From a virus, in IMG/VR virus record IMGVR_UViG_3300045988_087402: a DNA stretch of 64,000 bases, one strand, 5' to 3'. Numbering within the stretch: position 1 is the first letter of the stretch; each line of letters opens with the position of its first letter. The notes beneath the pieces are model-generated. The model was not told the DNA's origin, did no database searches, and was given only the letters and a program-made list of their open reading frames with translations. This document shows, in pieces, positions 8,995 through 16,676 of this stretch. Made by a program: the position numbers and the translations under genes.

Positions 8995-9578
8995 GCTATT
9001 TTTCAATCTTCTAATAAAATAAATTTTGGTCTTCATATTGAAATTCATTTTCTAATTATTGAAATTAATTATCCATTTAATATTTCACTAACTTATTCTC
9101 CAGCTATTCTACAAACTGCTTCTTTTATTAATTTTATAGTTACTTGAAGAATACGTTGGACAAATAGTATATTTAATAGTATTTCAATTAATCGAAATTC
9201 TAATGATATTCTTCATAAACCTTCTCGAAGAATACGTCGGATAAATATTCTTCTTATAATTATTATAAATTCTTATGATATAGCTGGTAATATAATTATT
9301 AATATAATTATTAAACCTGTTAGTATACCAATTATCATACTAATTATATCATTTCGAGATATAGTGCATCTGGATTTATTCATATAGTAAATGGTATTAC
9401 AACTGTTATGAAAATTGATAATCTTAATGTTATACAAAATGGTCAATTTTTGCAAATGATTGACTATCATATCCTATAAGAAAATCTTATTGTTATTTGA
9501 ATAACAATGCCATTTTCCAATGAATTTTTTTTGGAAATTATTTGGAAAATAGATTGAAATTTATTTTTTATAAATTAT

Positions 9579-9620
9579 ATAATTATTAATATAATTATTA
9601 ATATAATTATTAATATAATT
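9579..9620 (+). repeat. Tandem 12-mer array (ATAATTATTAAT), about 3.5 units. Related copies occur at 9291-9316 and 10036-10058.
   Basis: Direct reading. Confidence 0.7.
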
Positions 9621-9710
9621 AGTCTACAAGAAAGCGGTCAAAATACGGGTCAAATTGATATTAGAATTACTGCAAAAGTTACTGCAAAAGAACCATTAGG
9701 AACTCTTTTT

Positions 9711-9758
9711 AGAAATACTATTAGAAATACTATTAGAAATACTATTAGAAATACTATT
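9711..9758 (+). repeat. Tandem 12-mer array (AGAAATACTATT)x4. It is preceded by the duplicated ACTGCAAAAG at 9669-9690.
   Basis: Direct reading. Confidence 0.75.
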
Positions 9759-9780
9759 AGAAAATATAATGTAAATAAGA

Positions 9781-9835
9781 TTACAATTAATTGTCCATCT
9801 TCCGAATATTCTTCGGATAGAAATGTTGAAATTAG
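9781..9835 (+). repeat. A direct repeat of about 50 bp (ACAATTAATTGTCCATCTTCCGAATATTCTTCGGATAGAAAT...) that recurs at 10214-10268. It contains the hairpin TCCGAA-TATTC-TTCGGA.
   Basis: Direct reading. It has a 6-bp perfect stem and a 5-nt loop. Related GAAGAATACGT(T/C)GGA(C/T)AAATA motifs occur at 9157-9178 and 9226-9247. Confidence 0.65.
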
Positions 9836-10083
9836 TATGACATTTAATGGTAAATAAATTACTAAAAATAATACGGAAAATGAAGATGCTCCAGATAATA
9901 TATTTCGAGATAAAATTGAAGATATGATTGAAGATAATTCTAAAGATGGATTTGAAGGTAGACTTTAAGATAATTTAGAAAGTGTATGTAAAGATGATTG
10001 TAAAGATATAGTTTGAGATTTAAATTGAAATACAATTATTAATATAATTATTAATACAATTTTAAATTATATAAATATGTTAG

Positions 10084-10104
10084 TTGCAAAGACAGTTGTA
10101 ACGT
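10084..10104 (+). repeat. GTTGCAAAGACA-GTTGTAACG, a two-unit remnant of the 12-mer array seen at 1-60. It lies upstream of GC element copy 2.
   Basis: Same unit and same arrangement as at the window start, so the whole block of about 80-100 bp is a direct repeat about 10 kb apart. Confidence 0.7.
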
Positions 10105-10122
10105 TTGGACGTATTGTTTAAT

Positions 10123-10148
10123 GGCCACAAGGGCAAGGGAGTGTTCCG
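10123..10148 (+). repeat. GC-rich conserved element, copy 2 (GGCCACAAGGGCAAGGGAGTGTTCCG, followed by ATATTCGTTAATC)
   Basis: Aligns to copy 1 including the ATATTCGTT tail. It carries ATG plus 12 codons (MATRARECSDIR*) as in other copies. Confidence 0.85.
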
Positions 10149-10383
10149 ATATTCGTTAATCATTTATTTAATATTCATTTTACAATTAATAGAAATAATA
10201 ATGTAACTTCTATAACAATTAATTGTCCATCTTCCAAATATTCTTCGGATAAAAATATTAAATTTAAAGATACATATATTAAGATTATAAATAATAGGAG
10301 AGTTTTTTATTTTAAAGATATTATAACTTTTATCCATAAACACTTTAAAATTAATAATAGAACTCTCCTATGAACACTTTTAA

Positions 10384-10764
10384 TTAAAACAATAACACAA
10401 ATATAATACCTAATATTGAAACTAATAAAGCTATTGATAGAATAACTATTATAGTTTTATATGTTTTATTAGCTTTAGAAGCTAATATATATCTTACGGA
10501 AGTTTTACTTAAAGCTATTGATGAATAATTTGTTAAACGAATTAACATCTTTTTTAGTTCTTTACTTTCTAATAAAAGCTCTGATATAATTCGTTTTAAA
10601 TCTTCATCAGTATATATTTCTGGAATTAGTTCATTTACTTCTTTTTGAACATCTTTTTCTTTATCTGTTAATTCTGCTGATACTTGTACTTTTAAAAGTC
10701 TTATTAAAGTTTTTAATTGAACTGTTGCTATAATTATTTTTACAAATTCTTTATTAGTTTTCAT
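10384..10764 (-). CDS. Hypothetical tail-anchored membrane protein (C-terminal TM IIVILSIALLVSILGIIFVLLF)
   Basis: 126-aa ORF. It is one of only two credible genes inside the 5.5-kb repeat region. Confidence 0.4.
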   Translation of the reverse strand: MKTNKEFVKIIIATVQLKTLIRLLKVQVSAELTDKEKDVQKEVNELIPEIYTDEDLKRIISELLLESKELKKMLIRLTNYSSIALSKTSVRYILASKANKTYKTIIVILSIALLVSILGIIFVLLF

Positions 10765-10870
10765 AGTAGATAATGGTATTATTTATATAAATAAAAGTGT
10801 TCAAAATATGTTTAAAGTGGAATTTTAAAAAGAGGATAATGGCCATTTACACCATTATCCTCTTAGTTAT

Positions 10871-11470
10871 TTACGAGTTCTTCACAAGGGCGAGCATTTT
10901 TATGAAGAAGTTATCATCATCTTCGCTAACTCCCGGAATATAATTTCGACCTTTCATTTCATGAAAGTATACTTTAGCTTCTTCGGTACGACCTTTGGCT
11001 TGATAAGCCTGTGCATACTTGTTAGCTTCAGCTTCTCGAATTATATGACCTTCGAGAGTACCTACGATATTCCGGAATATATAATTTCCGGCATTACGAT
11101 ATTCGTGAACTCCACCGTCTTTGTCTACATAACCGTATTTATTACCGTCATTCGGTACATATACGACTTCGACTTTCAGATACAACGGACGTTCAGTTTC
11201 CGTATTATAGTTACCCTCTCGAATGATATGGTCAAGATTAAATACTTCAACCATATCAACACCTGCAGACAAACGAACTGGTTCGTTATTTGCGACATTC
11301 AGAGCACTGATAGCGAAATACTTTCGGCCATCACGTTCAATTCGAGCTATTTTATGAATAGCTACACCGATGATTTCAGGTTTAAGACTTGTGTTAATTT
11401 CATTAACAACTGCTTTAACAACTGGTTTTTCTACAGCTACGGAAGCTGCATTGGCTTCAACTTGTGCCAT
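10871..11470 (-). CDS. Hypothetical protein with GC content clearly higher than all neighbouring genes (atypical codon usage)
   Basis: 199-aa clean ORF. It uses many CGN/CCG/GGC-type codons absent elsewhere. ATTCCGGAAT-type palindromes lie within and upstream of it (11504-11513, 11537-11546). Confidence 0.5.
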   Translation of the reverse strand: MAQVEANAASVAVEKPVVKAVVNEINTSLKPEIIGVAIHKIARIERDGRKYFAISALNVANNEPVRLSAGVDMVEVFNLDHIIREGNYNTETERPLYLKVEVVYVPNDGNKYGYVDKDGGVHEYRNAGNYIFRNIVGTLEGHIIREAEANKYAQAYQAKGRTEEAKVYFHEMKGRNYIPGVSEDDDNFFIKMLALVKNS

Positions 11471-11503
11471 GTTTCAAATGATTTAAAAGTTTGACAAATA
11501 GTA

Positions 11504-11513
11504 ATTCCGGAAT
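11504..11513. promoter_or_regulatory. Perfect 10-bp palindrome ATTCCGGAAT, with an imperfect second copy ATTCCGGATT at 11537-11546 (centres 33 bp apart). Both lie in the 5' region of gene 10871-11470. A TTGACA hexamer is at 11491-11496 and TAAATG is 16 nt downstream on the plus strand.
   Basis: Direct reading. Operator-like spacing of about three helical turns. Related TTCCGGAAT sequences occur inside the gene at about 10926-10936 and 11083-11110. Confidence 0.35.
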
Positions 11514-11689
11514 AAATGAATTAAATTCTGTTACCCATTCCGGATTATGAGTAACAAGATTAGTTTGTATGATACTTTTCGAATTTTAATTTGTAACAAA
11601 ATCGGAATTACGACACACACCAATTATAAGTGGGGGGTTTCTAAAAGTAGAAAGGTGGGGAGGGTTGTTATATAAGGTACTTCCTATAA

Positions 11690-12460
11690 GAGTATTTTTA
11701 TATTTATCAGATATATTATTTCAAACACTATTACATATATTTTCATTATTTATTATTCAGTCTTTCTACAATAACATTTTCATTATTCATATTTCTATAT
11801 TGACTTTAAATTCTTTACACTTTATTTTTTTCATTATTTATTCTATACTCTATAATCTTTTCTATAATCTTTTCTATAATCTTTTCTATAATCTTTTCTA
11901 TAATCTTTTCTCGTATCTATTGTATATCTATTTATAAGAACACTTTTATATTCAATAAATATAATATCTTTTGCAACAATTCTTTCCTATCTTTTTATAC
12001 ATTATTATCTCTTTTTTACAATACCTTTTACAATACCTTTTTAAACATCTCTTTTTACAATATTTTTTTATAATTTATAAGAACACTTTTATATTTAATA
12101 GATACAACATTTTCAATAATATCTATTTTATTATTTCTTCCTATATCTCTATTATAATTTACAATACCTTTTAAACATTATTTAGATACATTTTTAGATA
12201 AACTTCCTATAAGAACACTTTTATATGATTAATATTTACAATCAACTTTACTCTTTTCAACATTATCTTTTAATTCCTATAAGAACACTTTTATACATTT
12301 GATTAATATCTTTTCTTACATCTTTTCTGACAACACTTTTATATTTAATAAATATATTATTTTTAATAATATTTTATTTACTTTTAATAATGTCTTTTAC
12401 ATCATCTTTTACATCATCTTTAAATTTTCTTTTTAATTTTATATAAGATTTTGTAAAATT
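11690..12460 (+). repeat. G-depleted low-complexity block. Roughly 20 G in about 770 nt on the plus strand. It carries (TATAATCTTTTC)x5 at 11851-11910 and five same-orientation copies of TATAAGAACACTTTTATA.
   Basis: The 18-mer copies are at 11933-11950, 12076-12093, 12208-12225, 12278-12295 and a partial one at 12330-12344. The 12-mer array was read directly. ORFs 11665-11937 and 11971-12174 on the track are artefacts. Confidence 0.8.
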
Positions 12461-12869
12461 GTTTTACAATTAAATGTAATAAAAGTATCATCTTAATTTT
12501 AAATAGTATTATAATCTACAAGTACATCATTTTCAATACTATTTTCAATACTATTTATATCAATACTTATATTAATATTTATACCAGTAGTTTTAATATG
12601 ATTATAATTCGAGTCGAACTTTAATTAATATTTATTAATCGAAAGTGATTAATTTTAATATTAATTCTAATATTAATTTAAAGAATAATGCGATGGAAAG
12701 CAATAGCGAGAGCGAAAGCAGATAGATAATAATTAGTAAATATAATAATTTAAGGAGAGCGAAAGCGACAATTATATTAATAATATATTTAATAATTAAT
12801 GTAGCTACAAGTGCGAGATTATAATGACGAATAATTGAAAGAGAATTAAGAAGAGCTTCGGAAGAATTT

Positions 12870-12893
12870 CGGAACACTCCCTCCCTTGTGGCC
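12870..12893 (-). repeat. GC-rich conserved element, copy 4 (reverse orientation). Reverse complement: TTAATGGCCACAAGGGAGGGAGTGTTCCGAAATTC.
   Basis: Aligns with copy 1 including the CTCCG-GTTAAT left flank. It sits in an inverted position relative to copy 2, about 2.7 kb away. Confidence 0.8.
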
Positions 12894-12930
12894 ATTAACT
12901 CGGAGAAATACAAGTATCTATATTATTTAT

Positions 12931-12978
12931 AATAATATTTCTAATAGTATTTACAATAGTATTTACAATAGTATTTCT
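12931..12978 (+). repeat. Tandem 12-mer array (AATAGTATTTAC/AATAGTATTTCT), about 4 units, immediately upstream of the late arm
   Basis: Direct reading. Confidence 0.7.
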
Positions 12979-13153
12979 AATAATAGTTATTATAATTTTA
13001 TCCTTGATATATTTTACAGATAGTCTGTATGCTTCTTTTATACCTATTAATATAAATATCTTCTGTATTTGGATTTATAATGATTAATATATATATTGGT
13101 ATCGAAATAAATATGATAGTACATTTATTAATAACTAAATAATCAAATAAACT

Positions 13154-13573
13154 ATGGAAAATAAAGTTATGATTGGTTATCGTGAGCCTAAGAGTATTAT
13201 TGATGCTAAAGCTGTAGGAAGTAAAGTTATAGTAAAATCTTATTTTGAAGTTTCACCTCTTATGGTAGAAGATGATAAAGCTCTTCAGAATATGTCTCCT
13301 ATAAAAATAGAAGTTGTAGCTTATGGTAGAAATACTTATGATATTGAGATAGGAGATAAAGTTCAAATCAATCCTACAAATGTTTCAAGAATTAATTTTA
13401 AATGGAATGATAAAAGTATTATGAATTATCTTGAAAATTCTAAATTAAATAAGATTTTATATAGAGGAAAAGAACATGTTATTTGTGAGGAATATTATCT
13501 TTGTGAAATGATTGATATTCTTATTGTAGATACTTATAATGAAAATAATATACGAAAAATTCTTGAAAATTAG
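13154..13573 (+). CDS. Hypothetical protein (first gene of the rightward arm)
   Basis: 139-aa ORF. A start-stop overlap (ATG at 13574 follows TAG at 13571-73) couples it to the next gene. Confidence 0.45.
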   Translation: MENKVMIGYREPKSIIDAKAVGSKVIVKSYFEVSPLMVEDDKALQNMSPIKIEVVAYGRNTYDIEIGDKVQINPTNVSRINFKWNDKSIMNYLENSKLNKILYRGKEHVICEEYYLCEMIDILIVDTYNENNIRKILEN

Positions 13574-13975
13574 ATGTTATTAGGTTTTATACAACATAAA
13601 CGAATACTTAATAATTTATATAAGACATTTGATTCTTTTGCTCCTAATGTAAAGAATAAAGAGTGGCTTGATAAATTAGATAAACTTACAGATAGTGATA
13701 AAGAAGAATTGTTAGTTCACTTTTATAATTGTCAAAGTTTGACAATAGTTAAGAGAATGAATACTATAACTCCTTGTATTCACGTTCCGATGCTTGGTAA
13801 TTTTAAAATTGTTGCTCAAAGATATTATAATACTATACATAAAGATTTCTTTGATACTCTTGATAAAAAAGAGAGACAACGAATTTTACAAACTGTTTTC
13901 GGAACTAATAAACCTGTTATTTATAATCCAGACGAACATTATGCCAAACTTAGTATCGACCCAGCTGATGTCTAA
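13574..13975 (+). CDS. Hypothetical protein
   Basis: 133-aa ORF with translational coupling. Confidence 0.45.
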   Translation: MLLGFIQHKRILNNLYKTFDSFAPNVKNKEWLDKLDKLTDSDKEELLVHFYNCQSLTIVKRMNTITPCIHVPMLGNFKIVAQRYYNTIHKDFFDTLDKKERQRILQTVFGTNKPVIYNPDEHYAKLSIDPADV

Positions 13976-14954
13976 AGGCAGGATTCTTTTCTTTAATGAA
14001 GAGAATCATAAATATGTTGATGATTTGGGTAATCCTTATATTTCAGTTACTACTTTAATTCATAAATATACAGAAGAATTTAAAGAGAATGAAATAGCTA
14101 AAGCCTGTGAGAGAATAGGTAAGAATCCAAATCATCCAAAATATCTTACTTATAAAGGTAAGTCAGCTAAACAACTAAAACTTGAATGGCAAGCTGAAAG
14201 AGATAGAGCGTGTTCTGAAGGAACTAAGAAACATAATTATCTTGAAGATTGTATTAAATCTAATAACGGATATAAAAAGAATGCGAAAGGATTTATAGAT
14301 GATAGAATATATACAATAGATGATATTATAAAGAATCATAGATATGGTATATTAAATATTGATTCTTTTGCTAAAAGTGGTATTAAAGATAGGTATCCGA
14401 CAATTTACAATACTATTGCTGGTCTTGTAAATGTCGGATTTAAGATTTATGCAGAAATTGGAACTTATGATTATAAATATTTAGTAAGTGGTTTAATTGA
14501 TGTTTTATTAGTTAGAGATAAAGAATTTATAATATTAGATTGGAAAACTAATAAAGCTCCTATTAAATTTGAAGGTGGTTATTGGTCTAAAAATAAGAAC
14601 GGAGAACTTGATTTTGATGACACTGGAAATATATTAAATGAATATAATTATACAGGTAAAACATTTCAATATCCTCTTGATAAATTAGAAGATAGTTCTG
14701 GTAATATATATGCTATGCAATTAAGTACTTATGCACATCTTGTTGAAACTTTTGGATATAAATGTGTAGGACTTATTCTATGTCATATTAGAACAGTGCC
14801 TGAAAAACGAGATATATTTGATAGAGTTATAAGAAATGAATTTCAAGTTGTAGAAATAAAGAAGTTTCCTTATTTGAAAAATGAAGTTGTAACTATGTTA
14901 AATGATTATGCTAAAAAAAATATAAATAATACTACAATTAATAAATTTATATAG
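13941..14954 (+). CDS. PD-(D/E)XK nuclease (RecB/Cas4/lambda-exonuclease-like)
   Basis: The motif GLIDVLLV...EFIILDWKTNK matches the hhD...hhD(Y/W)KT core of RecB-family nucleases. The start was chosen at the in-frame ATG at 13941 (MPNLV) rather than the track's 13794. Confidence 0.5.
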   Translation: MPNLVSTQLMSKGRILFFNEENHKYVDDLGNPYISVTTLIHKYTEEFKENEIAKACERIGKNPNHPKYLTYKGKSAKQLKLEWQAERDRACSEGTKKHNYLEDCIKSNNGYKKNAKGFIDDRIYTIDDIIKNHRYGILNIDSFAKSGIKDRYPTIYNTIAGLVNVGFKIYAEIGTYDYKYLVSGLIDVLLVRDKEFIILDWKTNKAPIKFEGGYWSKNKNGELDFDDTGNILNEYNYTGKTFQYPLDKLEDSSGNIYAMQLSTYAHLVETFGYKCVGLILCHIRTVPEKRDIFDRVIRNEFQVVEIKKFPYLKNEVVTMLNDYAKKNINNTTINKFI

Positions 14955-14956
14955 AT

Positions 14957-15577
14957 ATGAGACTTTATGATTATTTTATTAATAATAAAGATTTAATAAA
15001 TCATTTAGAAAGTATAGCTATAAATAAAGGATATTCTTTTTTTAAATATAAAGATAATATTAATTTGAATATTAATCTTTGGGGTATTAGAAGTAATGAT
15101 AAAGATACTACTAAATTTAATGATGTTTGTCTAATGTTTTATCAAAATAAAGATACTACTTGGACAATTCATACTTATAAAATAACAACAGACCCTTCAA
15201 ATGTAAATCTTCAAAAACCTATAAATAAAAATGGAACAGCTATTGTAAAAGAGGGTCAATATAAAGGTTTATTTAAAGTTGGTTTACATAAAGGATACGA
15301 AGCGTTAGTTCAAGCAGTTCCTATTACTGTTATAAGAGATAATAATAAAGATGATATATTAGATATAAAAAATAATAAAGAAGAAACTGGAATGTTTGGT
15401 ATAAATATGCACAGAGCTTCTATTAATGGTAATAATAATGAAATAGGTTTATATAGTGCAGGATGTCAAGTTCATCAAGATTATAAACGATTTACTTATG
15501 AATTTATGCCTATAATTAAGAGTGCTATTGGTAAAAGTTCTATTACATATACTCTTATAAATGAAGATGATTTATGA
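14957..15577 (+). CDS. Putative cell-wall-active enzyme with a YkuD/L,D-transpeptidase-like catalytic signature (H-x16-SAGCQV). Candidate lysis enzyme.
   Basis: GINMHRASINGNNNEIGLYSAGCQVH fits H...[S/T]xGC of the YkuD fold. It sits directly upstream of membrane/coiled-coil lysis-like genes. Weak. Confidence 0.3.
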   Translation: MRLYDYFINNKDLINHLESIAINKGYSFFKYKDNINLNINLWGIRSNDKDTTKFNDVCLMFYQNKDTTWTIHTYKITTDPSNVNLQKPINKNGTAIVKEGQYKGLFKVGLHKGYEALVQAVPITVIRDNNKDDILDIKNNKEETGMFGINMHRASINGNNNEIGLYSAGCQVHQDYKRFTYEFMPIIKSAIGKSSITYTLINEDDL

Positions 15578-15900
15578 AGTGGTATAATGTTGTAATTTTG
15601 GGATTGCTGATTTTGGGCTTTATTTTCGTTTTAGGGTATCAATTAGGCATTAATGCGAACAAAGATGAACAGGTATACCAGTCGAAAATTGATAGTCTTA
15701 AATCGGCATTAAAATCGCAAATAAAGGTATATAATTTTAAACTTGATAGTCTTAATAAAGATATTGATAGCCTTGATAAAGTAAAGAATAAAATAATTAT
15801 TAAATATAAAGATGCTTATGAAAAGGTTATTGATGTTGACAGTATTACTAATGATTCCATTATTATGTATATCTCAACAAAAATACATAATAAAAGGTGA
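15574..15900 (+). CDS. i-spanin-like protein (N-terminal TM plus periplasmic coiled coil)
   Basis: VVILGLLILGFIFVLGYQLG is followed by heptad-like DSLKSALKSQ...LDSLNKDIDSLDKV. Its ATGA start overlaps the upstream stop. Confidence 0.4.
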   Translation: MKWYNVVILGLLILGFIFVLGYQLGINANKDEQVYQSKIDSLKSALKSQIKVYNFKLDSLNKDIDSLDKVKNKIIIKYKDAYEKVIDVDSITNDSIIMYISTKIHNKR

Positions 15901-16222
15901 TACAATAGTTGGCTATACTCTTGATGAAAATAGGAGTATAGCTTTATTATTTATGAAAGGTGAAATGTATGAAGAATTATATTTCACACAAAATGAGATT
16001 TTAGCTAAGAAAGATAGTATTATAAATACTCAATATTATCATATTAAATTTCAAGATAGTGTTATTGTAGTTACTACTAATACAATAGATAAATTAGAAA
16101 AGATTAATAATGATAATAAAGCTATTATAGAAAAAGAGAAGAGAAAAAGTAAAACAAATGGTTGGATAGCTGGTGGTTCTGGAATTTTGAATTTAATATT
16201 AATATTGCTATTATGTTTGTGA
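15812..16222 (+). CDS. Secreted/periplasmic protein with an N-terminal signal peptide (MLMKRLLMLTVLLMIPLLC) and a C-terminal hydrophobic tail. Its start is embedded out-of-frame in the preceding gene. o-spanin-like.
   Basis: An 89-nt out-of-frame overlap with 15574-15900 resembles Rz/Rz1-type embedded architecture. The lipobox is imperfect (PLLC). Confidence 0.35.
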   Translation: MLMKRLLMLTVLLMIPLLCISQQKYIIKGDTIVGYTLDENRSIALLFMKGEMYEELYFTQNEILAKKDSIINTQYYHIKFQDSVIVVTTNTIDKLEKINNDNKAIIEKEKRKSKTNGWIAGGSGILNLILILLLCL

Positions 16223-16385
16223 ATAATAATACTAAAGTAAATATTGATTATTTTATTACTACAGATTATGATTTAAATTGGAATTATCTTTTTAAAGAAT
16301 CTAATTATAATGAAAATTCTGTTACTATTGTAATAAATAATATTAGATATAATTATATTATTAATAATTAAAATAATTTAAAGCT

Positions 16386-16676
16386 ATGAAAAAGTTTAAA
16401 GAAATTGTTATTCCTTTTCTTAAAAGTTATGATAAATGTTGGCATATTATAGTTGGTATGATTATTACTTCTATAATTGGTAAATATTTTTATGAAGTAG
16501 GTGGTATAGCTGCTATGATATTATTTCCTTTGGTTATTGTATTTATAATTGCTTTATTTAAAGAGCAAATATGGGACAGACTTATGAAGAAAGGAACTTA
16601 CGAATTAAATAATACTATAGCTACTATGATAGGTTGGCTTGTTTCTACTATATTAAATATTATTTGGACAATATGA
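16386..16676 (+). CDS. Small multi-TM membrane protein (holin-like candidate)
   Basis: 96 aa with 2-3 hydrophobic helices. Confidence 0.35.
   Translation: MKKFKEIVIPFLKSYDKCWHIIVGMIITSIIGKYFYEVGGIAAMILFPLVIVFIIALFKEQIWDRLMKKGTYELNNTIATMIGWLVSTILNIIWTI

Noticed and set aside
8749-9147. 132-aa plus-strand ORF (and similarly 11665-11937, 11971-12174, 7417-7839, 9273-9470, 12635-12913) inside the repeat region
   Set aside because: The translations are pure low-complexity strings of F/L/I/Y arising from CT- or AT-only DNA. They coincide exactly with the base-depleted repeat blocks and have no start context or coupling. I treat them as artefacts. ORF 12635-12913 happens to start with MATR only because GC-element copy 4 carries an ATG.
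10281-10370. Inverted repeat ATAGGAGAGTT ... AACTCTCCTAT (about 11 bp arms, about 65-nt spacer) downstream of gene 10384-10764 as a terminator
   Set aside because: The loop is far too long for an intrinsic terminator. It may be a protein-binding inverted repeat, but the evidence is thin. It is noted only.
10871-10900. Partial match to the GC element (CACAAGGGCGAG) at the 3' end of gene 10871-11470
   Set aside because: Only about 12 of 26 core positions match and the flanking conserved bases are absent. It was not counted as an eighth copy.
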